A stretch of DNA of 64,000 bases from the NCBI GenBank assembly GCA_965238045.1, contig CBDEGU010000010.1:237627-301626 (forward strand). Direction: 5' to 3'. The position numbers were made by a program, and so were the translations under genes. How positions within the stretch are numbered: the stretch's first letter is position 1; every line of letters begins with the position of its first letter. The notes below the pieces were generated by a model. That model was not told the DNA's origin and searched no databases. It worked only from the letters and a program-made list of their open reading frames with translations. The stretch comes from Bryobacterales bacterium. GTDB taxonomy: Bacteria; Acidobacteriota; Terriglobia; Bryobacterales; UBA6623. Below are positions 9,696-18,016 of the stretch, piece after piece.

Positions 9696-10727
9696 TTAGC
9701 CGGCGGTCGCAAACCCATGCTGAAGGCGGTGATGGGGACCGTCGAAATGCTTGCTCGACTTGAATAACTCATGCCGGCCGTCGCCCGCGTCCGCGGCCGC
9801 CATCTGGACCAACTCTCCTTTGTCGCTATCGGACATTGCCTGGAAGTTGCGGGCGATTCGCAGATCCTGCTCCAAATCTTCCATCGACCGGATGCCGACA
9901 CAAAGACTGGAGATGGGCAGGCTCAGCGCATAACGGATGCACTGCTCGGCCGTGATGCTCGTTTCGCTCGGGATGCGGCCCTTGGGGTAGTCGGGCGAGC
10001 CGCCCAGGCTCTTCATCCCGATCACGCCGACATTCTTGTTGAGGCAGACCGGCACGACTTCCTTCTGGAAACTACGGTAGTGCGCGTCCATCACATTGAT
10101 GGGCATCTGCGCCGTGTCCCAGTCATAGGGCTTGGCCAGCATCTTGAGGTGGATCAGCGGATCCTTGTGGCCGGTGAAACCGATAAAGCGCACCTTGCCT
10201 TCCTTCTTAGCTTCGAGAGCCGCCCGGAGCCCGCCCTTTTCGAACACCCAGTCGGGATCGTTGTCGTAGACCATCTCGTGGAACTGCCACAAGTCGACGT
10301 AGTCGGTTTTCAAGCGGCGCAGGCTGTCTTCGAGACAGCGCTTGCTGCCCTGGTAGTCCCGCTCGCAGTTCTTCGTCATCAGGAAGACTTTCTTGCGGTG
10401 GCCGCCCGATGCGAGCGCCGCGCCCATCACCCGTTCGGAGCCGCCGTTGTGATAGTCCCAGGCGTTATCGAAGAAGTTGATGCCCTCATCGATCGCCCGG
10501 TGCATGATGCGGTGGGCTTCGTTCTTGTCTTCGACAGCGCCGATGTGCCAGCCGCCGAGACAGATGATCGAGACCTGCTCGTTGGTGCGGCCGAGTTTCG
10601 CGGTTGGTATGCCGTCACCGCTCGATCGCTGCGCCAGAGCGCGTTGTGCCAGCGACGCTGCTACCGCACTGCCGAAGAGACCACGAAAGAAATCACGCCT
10701 GGAGCCGTTGCCGGTCATGTTCGTCAC
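9696..10727 (-). CDS. aldo/keto reductase with Tat signal
   Basis: 343 aa. SRRDFFRGLFGSAVAASLAQRALAQ. AKR motifs (INFFDNAWDYHNGGSERVMG, LWQFHE). Confidence 0.85.
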   Translation of the reverse strand: MTNMTGNGSRRDFFRGLFGSAVAASLAQRALAQRSSGDGIPTAKLGRTNEQVSIICLGGWHIGAVEDKNEAHRIMHRAIDEGINFFDNAWDYHNGGSERVMGAALASGGHRKKVFLMTKNCERDYQGSKRCLEDSLRRLKTDYVDLWQFHEMVYDNDPDWVFEKGGLRAALEAKKEGKVRFIGFTGHKDPLIHLKMLAKPYDWDTAQMPINVMDAHYRSFQKEVVPVCLNKNVGVIGMKSLGGSPDYPKGRIPSETSITAEQCIRYALSLPISSLCVGIRSMEDLEQDLRIARNFQAMSDSDKGELVQMAAADAGDGRHELFKSSKHFDGPHHRLQHGFATAG

Positions 10728-10815
10728 CTCGCGGGAAATGTTGATCCCATTTTACATGAGCGCGGCTGGTTCGGCCACTGGAGTCCCGCGATCCTCCACG
10801 GCGAGTAAGGAGCGC

Positions 10816-12096
10816 TCACGAACCACCCAAGTATTGCGCGGCTTGTGGCAGAGTATCGAGCAAGATTGCCCGGATATCCACGCGATCAGCAGCGGACAAG
10901 TGGCTGAAGCGGTCGCTTTCGTCACGACCCGTCAAGATCTCATCGAGCCGCTTGTAGACGTAGTCCTTGACTTGCTCTGGAAGTTCACGAAAGGCCTCAG
11001 AGTAAATGAGAAAACTGCACGGGTAGCGAAACAGCCTTGTCGTCAGATCCAGATCCCGCAAAGACCGGCCCTTGGCATCGCCGAGACCCTGCCTCTGGAA
11101 ATCCTCGGCGAACGAGGTTGGACCCTCGACAGGGCCCGGGAGCGGCGTCTCACCGGAAAGCAGCAGATGGCGCACGAGACGCTCGCTGGGCCCTTCGATG
11201 CGCCGGCGAACGGAAGCCAGTAAGTCTTCGGAAGGATCACCCATGATGCGGATCATGTCGTCGCGATAGGCGAGGGCCTTGCGCGCCTCAATGTTGGCGA
11301 ACGCGATGCGATTGTGCATCTGGGTCTGATGAGCCAAAACAATGTGCGCGACGATGTCGCTGTGCGGAGTCAGATAAGCCTCGACACTAAAGCGGCCGGC
11401 CAGATCAGTCACAGTCGAGCCAGCCCCCTTCTCGAACTCCGGCGCCTGACTGGGACTAGCGAGCGTCGCGTTTCCGCGGTGGGTGCCCTTCACTCTGCCG
11501 GTGACATACCAACCACCGAAACGCTCGGAGATCTCGGTCGTGTGATCAACGTTCGTTGTCCCGAGCTGGAAATAGGGCATGCCGCCGGTACTGGGGTACA
11601 CCGAGCGTGTGAGATGACCAGGAATGCCGAGGGTCCGTCCTGTTTCGTGGCATTGCAGGCAAGCCCCGTTGTCGGGAACAAAGCGGGGCTTTTCGGTCGG
11701 TTCTTGCGGCAGGGTGTAAAAGACGGCGCCGCCGGCGGGGTCGGCGACGGAGATTTCCATCAAGCGGCTTCCACGAACCCAGCCGACATAGATGTCATCG
11801 TTGAAATAGATGGCGCGGGGGAAGGAGGGCGAGATCAGCCGGAATTGGGCGCTGGTCTTCGAAAAGACAAGGACCTGCGATGAAGTGGGGATTTCCAGGG
11901 CTTCGAGGAGCGAGGGCAGGTATCCCAACTGGGAGTCATACTCGAGGCGGGCCTCACCGCGATCGATGCGGTCTTGGAAACGCGCAATCGGATCGAGCGC
12001 GCCGGTCGGCCGTTGCTGGGCGGAAGCGGACCCGAGAGCCATGAAGGCCCACAGGAGTAAGGCCAGGAAGCGGGCCGAGGGGGGAAACATACTCAC
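10816..12096 (-). CDS. secreted protein with a single CxxCH heme-binding motif (hypothetical cytochrome c-like)
   Basis: 426 aa. Signal FLALLLWAFMALGSASAQ. CLQCH motif. No other recognisable domain. Confidence 0.6.
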   Translation of the reverse strand: MSMFPPSARFLALLLWAFMALGSASAQQRPTGALDPIARFQDRIDRGEARLEYDSQLGYLPSLLEALEIPTSSQVLVFSKTSAQFRLISPSFPRAIYFNDDIYVGWVRGSRLMEISVADPAGGAVFYTLPQEPTEKPRFVPDNGACLQCHETGRTLGIPGHLTRSVYPSTGGMPYFQLGTTNVDHTTEISERFGGWYVTGRVKGTHRGNATLASPSQAPEFEKGAGSTVTDLAGRFSVEAYLTPHSDIVAHIVLAHQTQMHNRIAFANIEARKALAYRDDMIRIMGDPSEDLLASVRRRIEGPSERLVRHLLLSGETPLPGPVEGPTSFAEDFQRQGLGDAKGRSLRDLDLTTRLFRYPCSFLIYSEAFRELPEQVKDYVYKRLDEILTGRDESDRFSHLSAADRVDIRAILLDTLPQAAQYLGGS

Positions 12097-12247
12097 GATA
12101 TCTGCTCCTGATCTGCTCTGCTGCTGAGCTGCTCCTGGAATTGATAGTAATGAGTAGCGGGCGAGTTTGGCCGGCTCATTCCAGATCGCTTCGGGGTAGC
12201 GGGATTTTCTTGTTCTGGTTGGACGATGCTCGTGCTCTGTGGCTCGT

Positions 12248-12328
12248 GAAACCGGAAACCGCGGAAATCGGCGGAAATCGGGACGGCCTCGATTCTTGCA
12301 AAGTGCTGGGGTTTCCCGGTTTCCGTTG
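12248..12328. repeat. REP-like palindromic element (copy A) with CGGAAA(C/T)CG units
   Basis: gaaaccggaaaccgcggaaatcggcggaaatcgggacggcctcga...ggggtttcccggtttccg. Shares cggaaa(t/c)cgggac(g/a)gcctcga and tcccggtttccg with 13693..13758. Confidence 0.45.
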
Positions 12329-12453
12329 AATCCGAGCCGTGGATTGGCGTATACTCACCGTTGCCGGGATAGCCGAAATGGAAATCCCAGGATGGAAATC
12401 TTGGTTGCATAACACGGAATCGTGCTCATCCGCGATCTGATTCCCGCGCAACA

Positions 12454-13692
12454 ATGACGCTACCTTCCCCCACCCGCCGCGCCTTCCTCGCCGCCCTGGC
12501 CTGCGCGCCCCTCGCCTGCTCCGAATCGCTCCCGCCCATCCGCCCAATCACCCGCGGACCCAACTTCCACTGGTTCGGCTACTACGACAAGCTGCAATTC
12601 GACCCCTCAAGCCGCTACGCCCTGGGCGTCGAAGGGACCTTCGAACACCGCCTGCCTACCGCTGATGACAAAATCGCCATCGGCATGGTCGACACCGAAG
12701 ACGGCGACCGCTGGATCGCGCTCGGCGAATCCCGCGCCTGGAGCTGGCACCAGACCTCGATGCTTCAATGGCTGCCCAGTTCGGACCACGAAATCATCTG
12801 GAACGACCGCCTGGGCGATCACTTCGGCGCGCATATTGTCGATGTCAGAACCCGCAAGAAGCGCACGATTGATTCGCCCATCTACTGCCTCCACCCCGAC
12901 GGACAATCCGCGCTCGCCAACGACTTCCGCCGCCTCTACGACGTCCGCCCCGAAACCGGCTACGCCGGCGTCCCCGACCCCAATGGTGATATCGCCGCGC
13001 CCGACAACGCCGGCATTTGGCGCGTCGAACTCGCCAGCGGTAAGCGCGAGTTGCTGCTCTCCTTCGCCGACGCCGCCAAGGTCGATGACGGAGTCTCCGA
13101 CTGGACCGGCGCCAAGCACTGGTTCAACCACTTGCTCTACGCCCCCGGCGGTAAGCGTTTCGTCTTTCTTCACCGCTGGCGCAAACCCGGCCAGGGCCGC
13201 GGATTCACCACGCGCATGTTTACCGCCAACGCCGACGGCACAAAGCTGCGTCTGCTCGATGCCAGCGGGCGCACCTCGCACTTCATCTGGCGCGATGCCA
13301 GCCACCTGCTTGTCTGGACGCACCGCGAAAGCCATGGCCGCCGCTTCTACCTGTTTGAAGACGCCGACGGAGGCACGGTCGAGCCCGTCGCCCCCGATAT
13401 CCTCACCCGCAACGGCCACTGCTCCTACTTGCCCGGCAACCGCTGGATTCTGAGCGACACCGGCCCCGACGACGATCGCCTGCAGCACCCCCTCCTGTTC
13501 GACACCAGAACCAACCGTCTCGTCCCGCTCGGGCACTTCCACTCGCCGCCCGAATACACCCGCGTCTGGCGCTGCGACACGACCCCCCGCTTCAGTCCCG
13601 ACGGCAAGAAAGTGGTCTTCGATTCGCCCCACGGCGGCAACGGCCGGCAGATGTACCTCGTGGACGTCAGCGCGATCACCGGCGCCGTGTGA
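12454..13692 (+). CDS. beta-propeller protein (TolB/DPP-IV N-terminal-like, oligogalacturonide-lyase-like) with Tat-like/lipoprotein N-terminus
   Basis: 412 aa. TRRAFLAALACAPLAC. C-terminal RFSPDGKKVVFDS blade. Function uncertain. Confidence 0.65.
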   Translation: MTLPSPTRRAFLAALACAPLACSESLPPIRPITRGPNFHWFGYYDKLQFDPSSRYALGVEGTFEHRLPTADDKIAIGMVDTEDGDRWIALGESRAWSWHQTSMLQWLPSSDHEIIWNDRLGDHFGAHIVDVRTRKKRTIDSPIYCLHPDGQSALANDFRRLYDVRPETGYAGVPDPNGDIAAPDNAGIWRVELASGKRELLLSFADAAKVDDGVSDWTGAKHWFNHLLYAPGGKRFVFLHRWRKPGQGRGFTTRMFTANADGTKLRLLDASGRTSHFIWRDASHLLVWTHRESHGRRFYLFEDADGGTVEPVAPDILTRNGHCSYLPGNRWILSDTGPDDDRLQHPLLFDTRTNRLVPLGHFHSPPEYTRVWRCDTTPRFSPDGKKVVFDSPHGGNGRQMYLVDVSAITGAV

Positions 13693-13758
13693 GCGACCGG
13701 AAACCGGGACAGCCTCGACATGTACCTATCATGGATGTCCCGGTTTCCGGTTAGTCGC
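13693..13758. repeat. REP-like long hairpin (copy B) at the core/island junction
   Basis: gcgaccggaaaccgggac (13693..13710) pairs with gtcccggtttccggttagtcgc (13737..13758): a 14-bp perfect core stem with a 26-nt loop. It lies between the convergent stops of 12454..13692 and 13758..14258. Confidence 0.55.
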
Positions 13759-14258
13759 TAGACCGACTTCCAGTCCGTCTTGAAGTCCAACTCGCGGACG
13801 AATCCAAACGTGTCAAGGCACCTCAGTCCAAGGTCAGCGCAGACATTCGGTATGTGGCGGTTTGCACGCTCTCTCTTGGGTTTCGACCTCTCTGTCGTTA
13901 CCACGCACCGGTCCAATTGCATTGTCAGGGCATACGCGATCAGGAACGGGTCGCGGCCGATTTTTTCGACCTCGTCGTCCGTGAGATCAGATGCGTATCC
14001 TTGGTCGATAACGCGTGAGACAAGCGATACATCGGCCTCTTCATCCAGCAGAAGAGCCTCCCCGACTTCTTCCTGCTTCGCCCACTTCCCGAGGTCATCG
14101 GACCCCGTTTTGATTTCTTCGTATATCTCGACCGGGATCTTGACCAGATCTTCGAGGCCGTTGTGCTCAAGCCATTCCCAGAACTCAGGGACTCGCGCGA
14201 TGGGGTAGTAGTCCCGGTTCGCGTCGATCAATACGTTGGCGTCTAGCAGATAGAGCAA
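13758..14258 (-). CDS. DUF4411-type PIN-like nuclease domain protein
   Basis: 166 aa. MLYLLDANVLIDA... N-terminus typical of PIN-like/DUF4411 proteins. Lies 9 nt downstream of the XRE-ImmA/IrrE gene. Confidence 0.7.
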   Translation of the reverse strand: MLYLLDANVLIDANRDYYPIARVPEFWEWLEHNGLEDLVKIPVEIYEEIKTGSDDLGKWAKQEEVGEALLLDEEADVSLVSRVIDQGYASDLTDDEVEKIGRDPFLIAYALTMQLDRCVVTTERSKPKRERANRHIPNVCADLGLRCLDTFGFVRELDFKTDWKSV

Positions 14259-14267
14259 AGGATTTTC

Positions 14268-15479
14268 CTACGCCGTCATCCTAGTTGTTCCGCTCCTGCC
14301 TTGCTGGAGGAGCACTTCCACCTGCTTAGGCTTAACGCCAAGCACTTTTCCTGCCTTGGTTGTTGTGATGGCGCCGGCGCTCACCATTCGCCCAACCAAA
14401 TCAAGTAGAGCCGTTCCGACCCGATGTGCTCTCAGCACGTAGAAGCTTGGCCCCCCTTCCTGCTCACGGGCTCGCTCGCGCTGTTTGAGACGCTGTTGAC
14501 TCCACAAGTCACGAAAAGAGGTGTTGAGACGCAACCACCTGTCCTGGCCAATGGTTCCAGCTCGATAGAGCCTGTACGCAACCATCGTGCTGCTCAGGTT
14601 GCGCTCCTTCGCGAAGTCGCTGATTCGCGCCTGGATCGCTTCCAAGCCGCTCGTATCGTTGAGCGAGAGTTGTTTAAGCTCGTTCGCCGACAAGAGGAAC
14701 TCGCCAGCGACATCGTTACAGAATCGCTCGATTGTGATGCCAGCGCGCTCCCCGCTGACCCCTGTTTGCCCGAGCCAAAGGTGGGCGAGTTCATGGAGGA
14801 GGGTAAAGGACCACGCAGCTCGGGCATCCTGGTCGTTGATGACAACAAATGGAGCTACGTCGTCCGCCAACGCCAGACCCCGGAAAGTCTCAACTCCGAT
14901 TGCGGAGTGGTAGCTTCCGAGGTTTCCGATGAGCAGGACGAACACACCCGCCTTCTCTGTACGATTACGGAGTAGCGCGAAGGCTTCCGCCGGAGACGGC
15001 TGCGCATATAGATCACCTCTGGTTGTCCCTAGGGTATTGCGAATCGACGAGACGACGGCCCGGACACCATCGGACATCGTCATGGACCCAACGAATGTGA
15101 GCAGCAAAGCCTCATCCTCGTCTTCCAATACCGCGCGGACCATGCTTTGGCGCGCGCGGACATCCCGGATCAAGGCGTCCACGAGCGCGTCGTCGGCTGC
15201 TGTGTGGTCGGCGGGCAGTGTGCGAAAGTCCTGTCCGCGGTCGCCGCGCCGGGGCTTGTTGGACATATAAAACGTTACAAGGGGGCGACGGTACTGCTTT
15301 GCCATGCGCAAAAGCATGGGCCGCGTCGGCGCATCCTCGCCTGCCTCTAGGGCGGCCAAGCGGCTGACGGCGGACGAGCCCCGGGCCGGCCGCAATTGAA
15401 CCTTCTTAACAGCCTGCTCTGGCGTGAAGCCTGCTGTCTCACGAGCCCAACGAAGTATGTCTGGGTTGACGCTTGGCAT
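14268..15479 (-). CDS. XRE-type HTH fused to ImmA/IrrE family zinc metallopeptidase
   Basis: 403 aa. N-terminal HTH (LRWARETAGFTPEQAVKKV). HEXXH motif HELAHLWLG. Confidence 0.85.
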   Translation of the reverse strand: MPSVNPDILRWARETAGFTPEQAVKKVQLRPARGSSAVSRLAALEAGEDAPTRPMLLRMAKQYRRPLVTFYMSNKPRRGDRGQDFRTLPADHTAADDALVDALIRDVRARQSMVRAVLEDEDEALLLTFVGSMTMSDGVRAVVSSIRNTLGTTRGDLYAQPSPAEAFALLRNRTEKAGVFVLLIGNLGSYHSAIGVETFRGLALADDVAPFVVINDQDARAAWSFTLLHELAHLWLGQTGVSGERAGITIERFCNDVAGEFLLSANELKQLSLNDTSGLEAIQARISDFAKERNLSSTMVAYRLYRAGTIGQDRWLRLNTSFRDLWSQQRLKQRERAREQEGGPSFYVLRAHRVGTALLDLVGRMVSAGAITTTKAGKVLGVKPKQVEVLLQQGRSGTTRMTA

Positions 15480-15692
15480 TTGCTCTCGGACGGCGGCGCC
15501 CGTCAGAGCGCCTCGCCAACCGGATTATCGCTCATCTTGAGGACAACGTGCGTCTGCTCTCCTGCGCTAACTCGTGTTGGGGTGACCCACATTGAACCGG
15601 TTGTGGTCGCCAACGCACCCGCGATTCAGAGTCAAGGAAAACCCCGGGGGAACCCGGAGTGCGAGTTGCGAGCCGTGGCGACGGCGGCGATC

Positions 15693-15721
15693 TTTACAAA
15701 CTACATGGGGTTTGATAGCAT
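15693..15721 (+). promoter_or_regulatory. sigma70-like promoter TTTACA-17-TAGCAT with ACAAAC-N8-GTTTG operator-like inverted repeat
   Basis: tttaca 15693..15698, tagcat 15716..15721. Followed by AGGAGA (15731..15736) and ATG at 15744. 23/29 identical to 17213..17241. Confidence 0.45.
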
Positions 15722-15743
15722 TCAGTGCGTAGGAGACTTACCT

Positions 15744-15938
15744 ATGCGCTGCCCTCATTGTGAGTCCGAGCTGACAGAGGCACAAGTGAAGAGACTCTGG
15801 AGCGACCTGACACGCTCTCGAATACGCCACCCCAGTGGCGGTCCGAAGAACCCGGTCTGGCGCAAGCACAGCGACAAAGCGGGCTCCCGCTGCCGCTGTC
15901 AGACGTGCAACGACCGCCGGGCCACTCGAACTGACTAG
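15744..15938 (+). CDS. small zinc-ribbon protein (hypothetical)
   Basis: 64 aa MRCPHCESELTE...CRCQTCNDRR (two CxxC pairs). Strong SD AGGAGA 7 nt upstream. Only the 3' third of track ORF 15396..15938 is plausible. The stop TAG overlaps the TA target of the IS630 element. Confidence 0.45.
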   Translation: MRCPHCESELTEAQVKRLWSDLTRSRIRHPSGGPKNPVWRKHSDKAGSRCRCQTCNDRRATRTD

Positions 15939-17168
15939 TATATCGTTTCATTAAACTGTACTCATCTCAGACGCGCTCTCCAGCGGCTCGAACTTCCTCC
16001 AGCGGTGAACGACGGGGGCGGCGTTGATCTCCGCGATCCCCTGCAGGATTCGTTCTCGAAGTTCCTCCCAGGACTCCACCCGGATTCGCTTCAAAAAAGT
16101 GCGCGCCATCTTCCCGAACAGCGTCTCGACAATGTTCAGCCAGGATCCGTGGGTCGGCGTATGCACGTATTTGAAGCGGTTCGGACGCGTCGCCAAATAG
16201 TCCTTCGTCTCCTTGGAAACGTGGGAGGAATGATTATCCAAGATCAATCGGATCGTGCAGTGGGCCGGGTAGGATTGGTCCAGATCCTTGAGCAGTAAGA
16301 TGAATTCCCGGCTGCGGTGGCGCCGCTCCACCCGCGCTGTCACCCGACCGTCGTGCAAGTCCAGCGCCGCCAGAATCGAGCAAGTTCCCAGACGTTTGTA
16401 TTCGTAATCTCGAGCCACGCAGGGATGCCGCCCCGCAGTCGGCGGCAGGTCCGGAGCGGTGTTGGCGATCGCTTGCACGCCGGGCTTTTCGTCGACCGAA
16501 ACCGTAATCACGCCCGGCGATGGGCCGCCCTCGCCCGCGCTTTCATTCTGCAAGGCCACCTCGCGGTAGACCAGCAGCACCTGCCGCATCTTGGACTCAA
16601 AATCCGGGTCGCGGCGCTGCAAGTAGTACTTCACCTTCTCCGGGTGAAGAGGTTGCTCGGCCAGAATCCGATGGACGGTCGCCTTGGCCGCTTGGGCCAA
16701 GGCCGGATAGCCCGCTTCCACGGCATGCTGGCGCACGTGCCGGGCGAGCGCGCCGCGGGTCCAGAGCTCGGCGGCGTAACCGAGTTGCTTGGGTTTGCTA
16801 CAGGCCAAGTGCACCACCCAGGCCTTGGCCTCTTCGCTGATGCGGGGTTCCCGGGGACGATGATAGGCATCCTTGAGCGCCGCTTCCACCCCCATGGCCA
16901 GGGCTCGCTCGATCCATTTGCCAACGCTTTTGCGCGTCATCTTCACGGCCCGCATAATCTCGGCGATCGTCTCGCCGCAATGATAGCGCCACAGAATCTC
17001 GGCTCTCTGCACCTCCCGAGCCGGAGCCTTACGCGAACGACGCAGCCGCTGCAGATGTTGCGACTCTTCGGGCGTGAGAAGCAGTTGGGGACGCTTCGAT
17101 TTTCCTGCCATGCATCCAGCCTAGCAGGAAACATCCTCGTATCGATATGTTTTAATGAAACGCTATAC
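15938..17168 (-). mobile_element. IS630-family insertion sequence (1,231 bp) with TA target duplication
   Basis: IRs gtatatcgtttcattaaa (15938..15955) and the reverse complement of 17151..17168 (gtatagcgtttcattaaa) match 17/18. Flanked by TA at 15936-37 and 17169-70. Confidence 0.85.
15951..17111 (-). CDS. IS630-family DDE transposase
   Basis: 386 aa. N-terminal HTH, then DEKPGVQA...LILDNHSSH...WLNIVE typical of IS630/Tc1-like transposases. Confidence 0.9.
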   Translation of the reverse strand: MAGKSKRPQLLLTPEESQHLQRLRRSRKAPAREVQRAEILWRYHCGETIAEIMRAVKMTRKSVGKWIERALAMGVEAALKDAYHRPREPRISEEAKAWVVHLACSKPKQLGYAAELWTRGALARHVRQHAVEAGYPALAQAAKATVHRILAEQPLHPEKVKYYLQRRDPDFESKMRQVLLVYREVALQNESAGEGGPSPGVITVSVDEKPGVQAIANTAPDLPPTAGRHPCVARDYEYKRLGTCSILAALDLHDGRVTARVERRHRSREFILLLKDLDQSYPAHCTIRLILDNHSSHVSKETKDYLATRPNRFKYVHTPTHGSWLNIVETLFGKMARTFLKRIRVESWEELRERILQGIAEINAAPVVHRWRKFEPLESASEMSTV

Positions 17169-17212
17169 TAGGTACTAGTAGGTTCATTTTTCGCCAAACG
17201 GAGATTTGCACC

Positions 17213-17241
17213 TTTACAAACTCTATAGAGTTTGTTAGAAT
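17213..17241 (+). promoter_or_regulatory. sigma70-like promoter TTTACA-17-TAGAAT overlapping a perfect 20-bp palindrome
   Basis: tttaca 17213..17218, tagaat 17236..17241, palindrome acaaactctatagagtttgt 17216..17235. In an AT-rich stretch upstream of 17313. Confidence 0.5.
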
Positions 17242-17312
17242 GGTGTGTATGAGAATATCTTCCCGAAAAACATTCTCATCCCACAAAACAATTAAGGAGC
17301 ATCCCTTTTCCA

Positions 17313-17915
17313 ATGAAACTTACTGATGAAGTTAAGGACTGGAAGAAGTACTGCTGGCAACGAAAAGAATTCGTTTTGTTCGATTCCGAAGGAGAACCTG
17401 TTGCCAAGGGCAAGGCAACGATTCGCTGTAACAAACGGCAGTCTCACGTGGTGATCGCCGGGATTAAGATTGGCCATAGTGGCCACCCGATTGGCTACCC
17501 AGCTAGCTATGGCAAACTCGGCCGGCTTCGCGCGTGCCCTTGGGAGTCGTTGCCGCCAGCCGACCGAGACGAAGTCGACCGGCGATTGCGCGACAGGGCA
17601 GCCACCAGGCTAATCGAGCAGTACCCGGGTGAGGCGGCAGATCTCCTGGGTGTGCCTCGCGGGAGACCTTTTTGGAAGCTGATCATAAGCAATCGCCGTA
17701 TGTCTTCAGGTGACCAGAAAGCCTTCGTTGATTCTATTCGCGAGCATGAGCGTGCCGCCACAGTCGCGAGGCAGGCGGAGCAGGCCCGGATCCGAAGAGC
17801 GAAGGCACGTCGCGACCGTGCTCAAGGCATCGCCAGTCGCGACGCACAGCGATCAAGAATGGATCAGGCGTTCGGGAACGAAACCGCTGACGGCCGTCGC
17901 TTCAGCCAACGGTAG
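17313..17915 (+). CDS. hypothetical protein (Arg-rich C-terminus)
   Basis: 200-aa ORF. AAGGAG at 17294..17299. No recognisable domain. Confidence 0.6.
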   Translation: MKLTDEVKDWKKYCWQRKEFVLFDSEGEPVAKGKATIRCNKRQSHVVIAGIKIGHSGHPIGYPASYGKLGRLRACPWESLPPADRDEVDRRLRDRAATRLIEQYPGEAADLLGVPRGRPFWKLIISNRRMSSGDQKAFVDSIREHERAATVARQAEQARIRRAKARRDRAQGIASRDAQRSRMDQAFGNETADGRRFSQR

Positions 17916-18016
17916 CCAACAATACCGCGTGCCTGACCAGAGGGCCGCGGCTGGTTGATGCTTGACCGAGAGCGCCAAGGCCGACGAGATCTGCTGCTTT
18001 GAAATCGTCTATGATC

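Noticed and set aside
12093-12547. ORFs of 105 and 123 aa in the 357-bp gap upstream of the propeller gene
   Set aside because: They overlap the REP-like repeat, have low-complexity translations and no start signals. The region is treated as intergenic.
13600-14000. Expected att direct repeat of the tRNA-Thr 3' end at the left island border
   Set aside because: I could not find any convincing match to tggagccacgggtcggagtcgaacc there, or at other candidate borders (15.5, 17.2, 17.9, 23.2 kb), by eye. Only an 8-nt chance match (acgggtcg) lies inside the DUF4411 CDS. The boundary is left open.
15396-15938. Full 180-aa version of the ORF upstream of the IS630 element
   Set aside because: Its first two thirds overlap the ImmA/IrrE gene start and the divergent promoter region. 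Only the last 64 codons have a promoter, SD and a coherent zinc-ribbon sequence.
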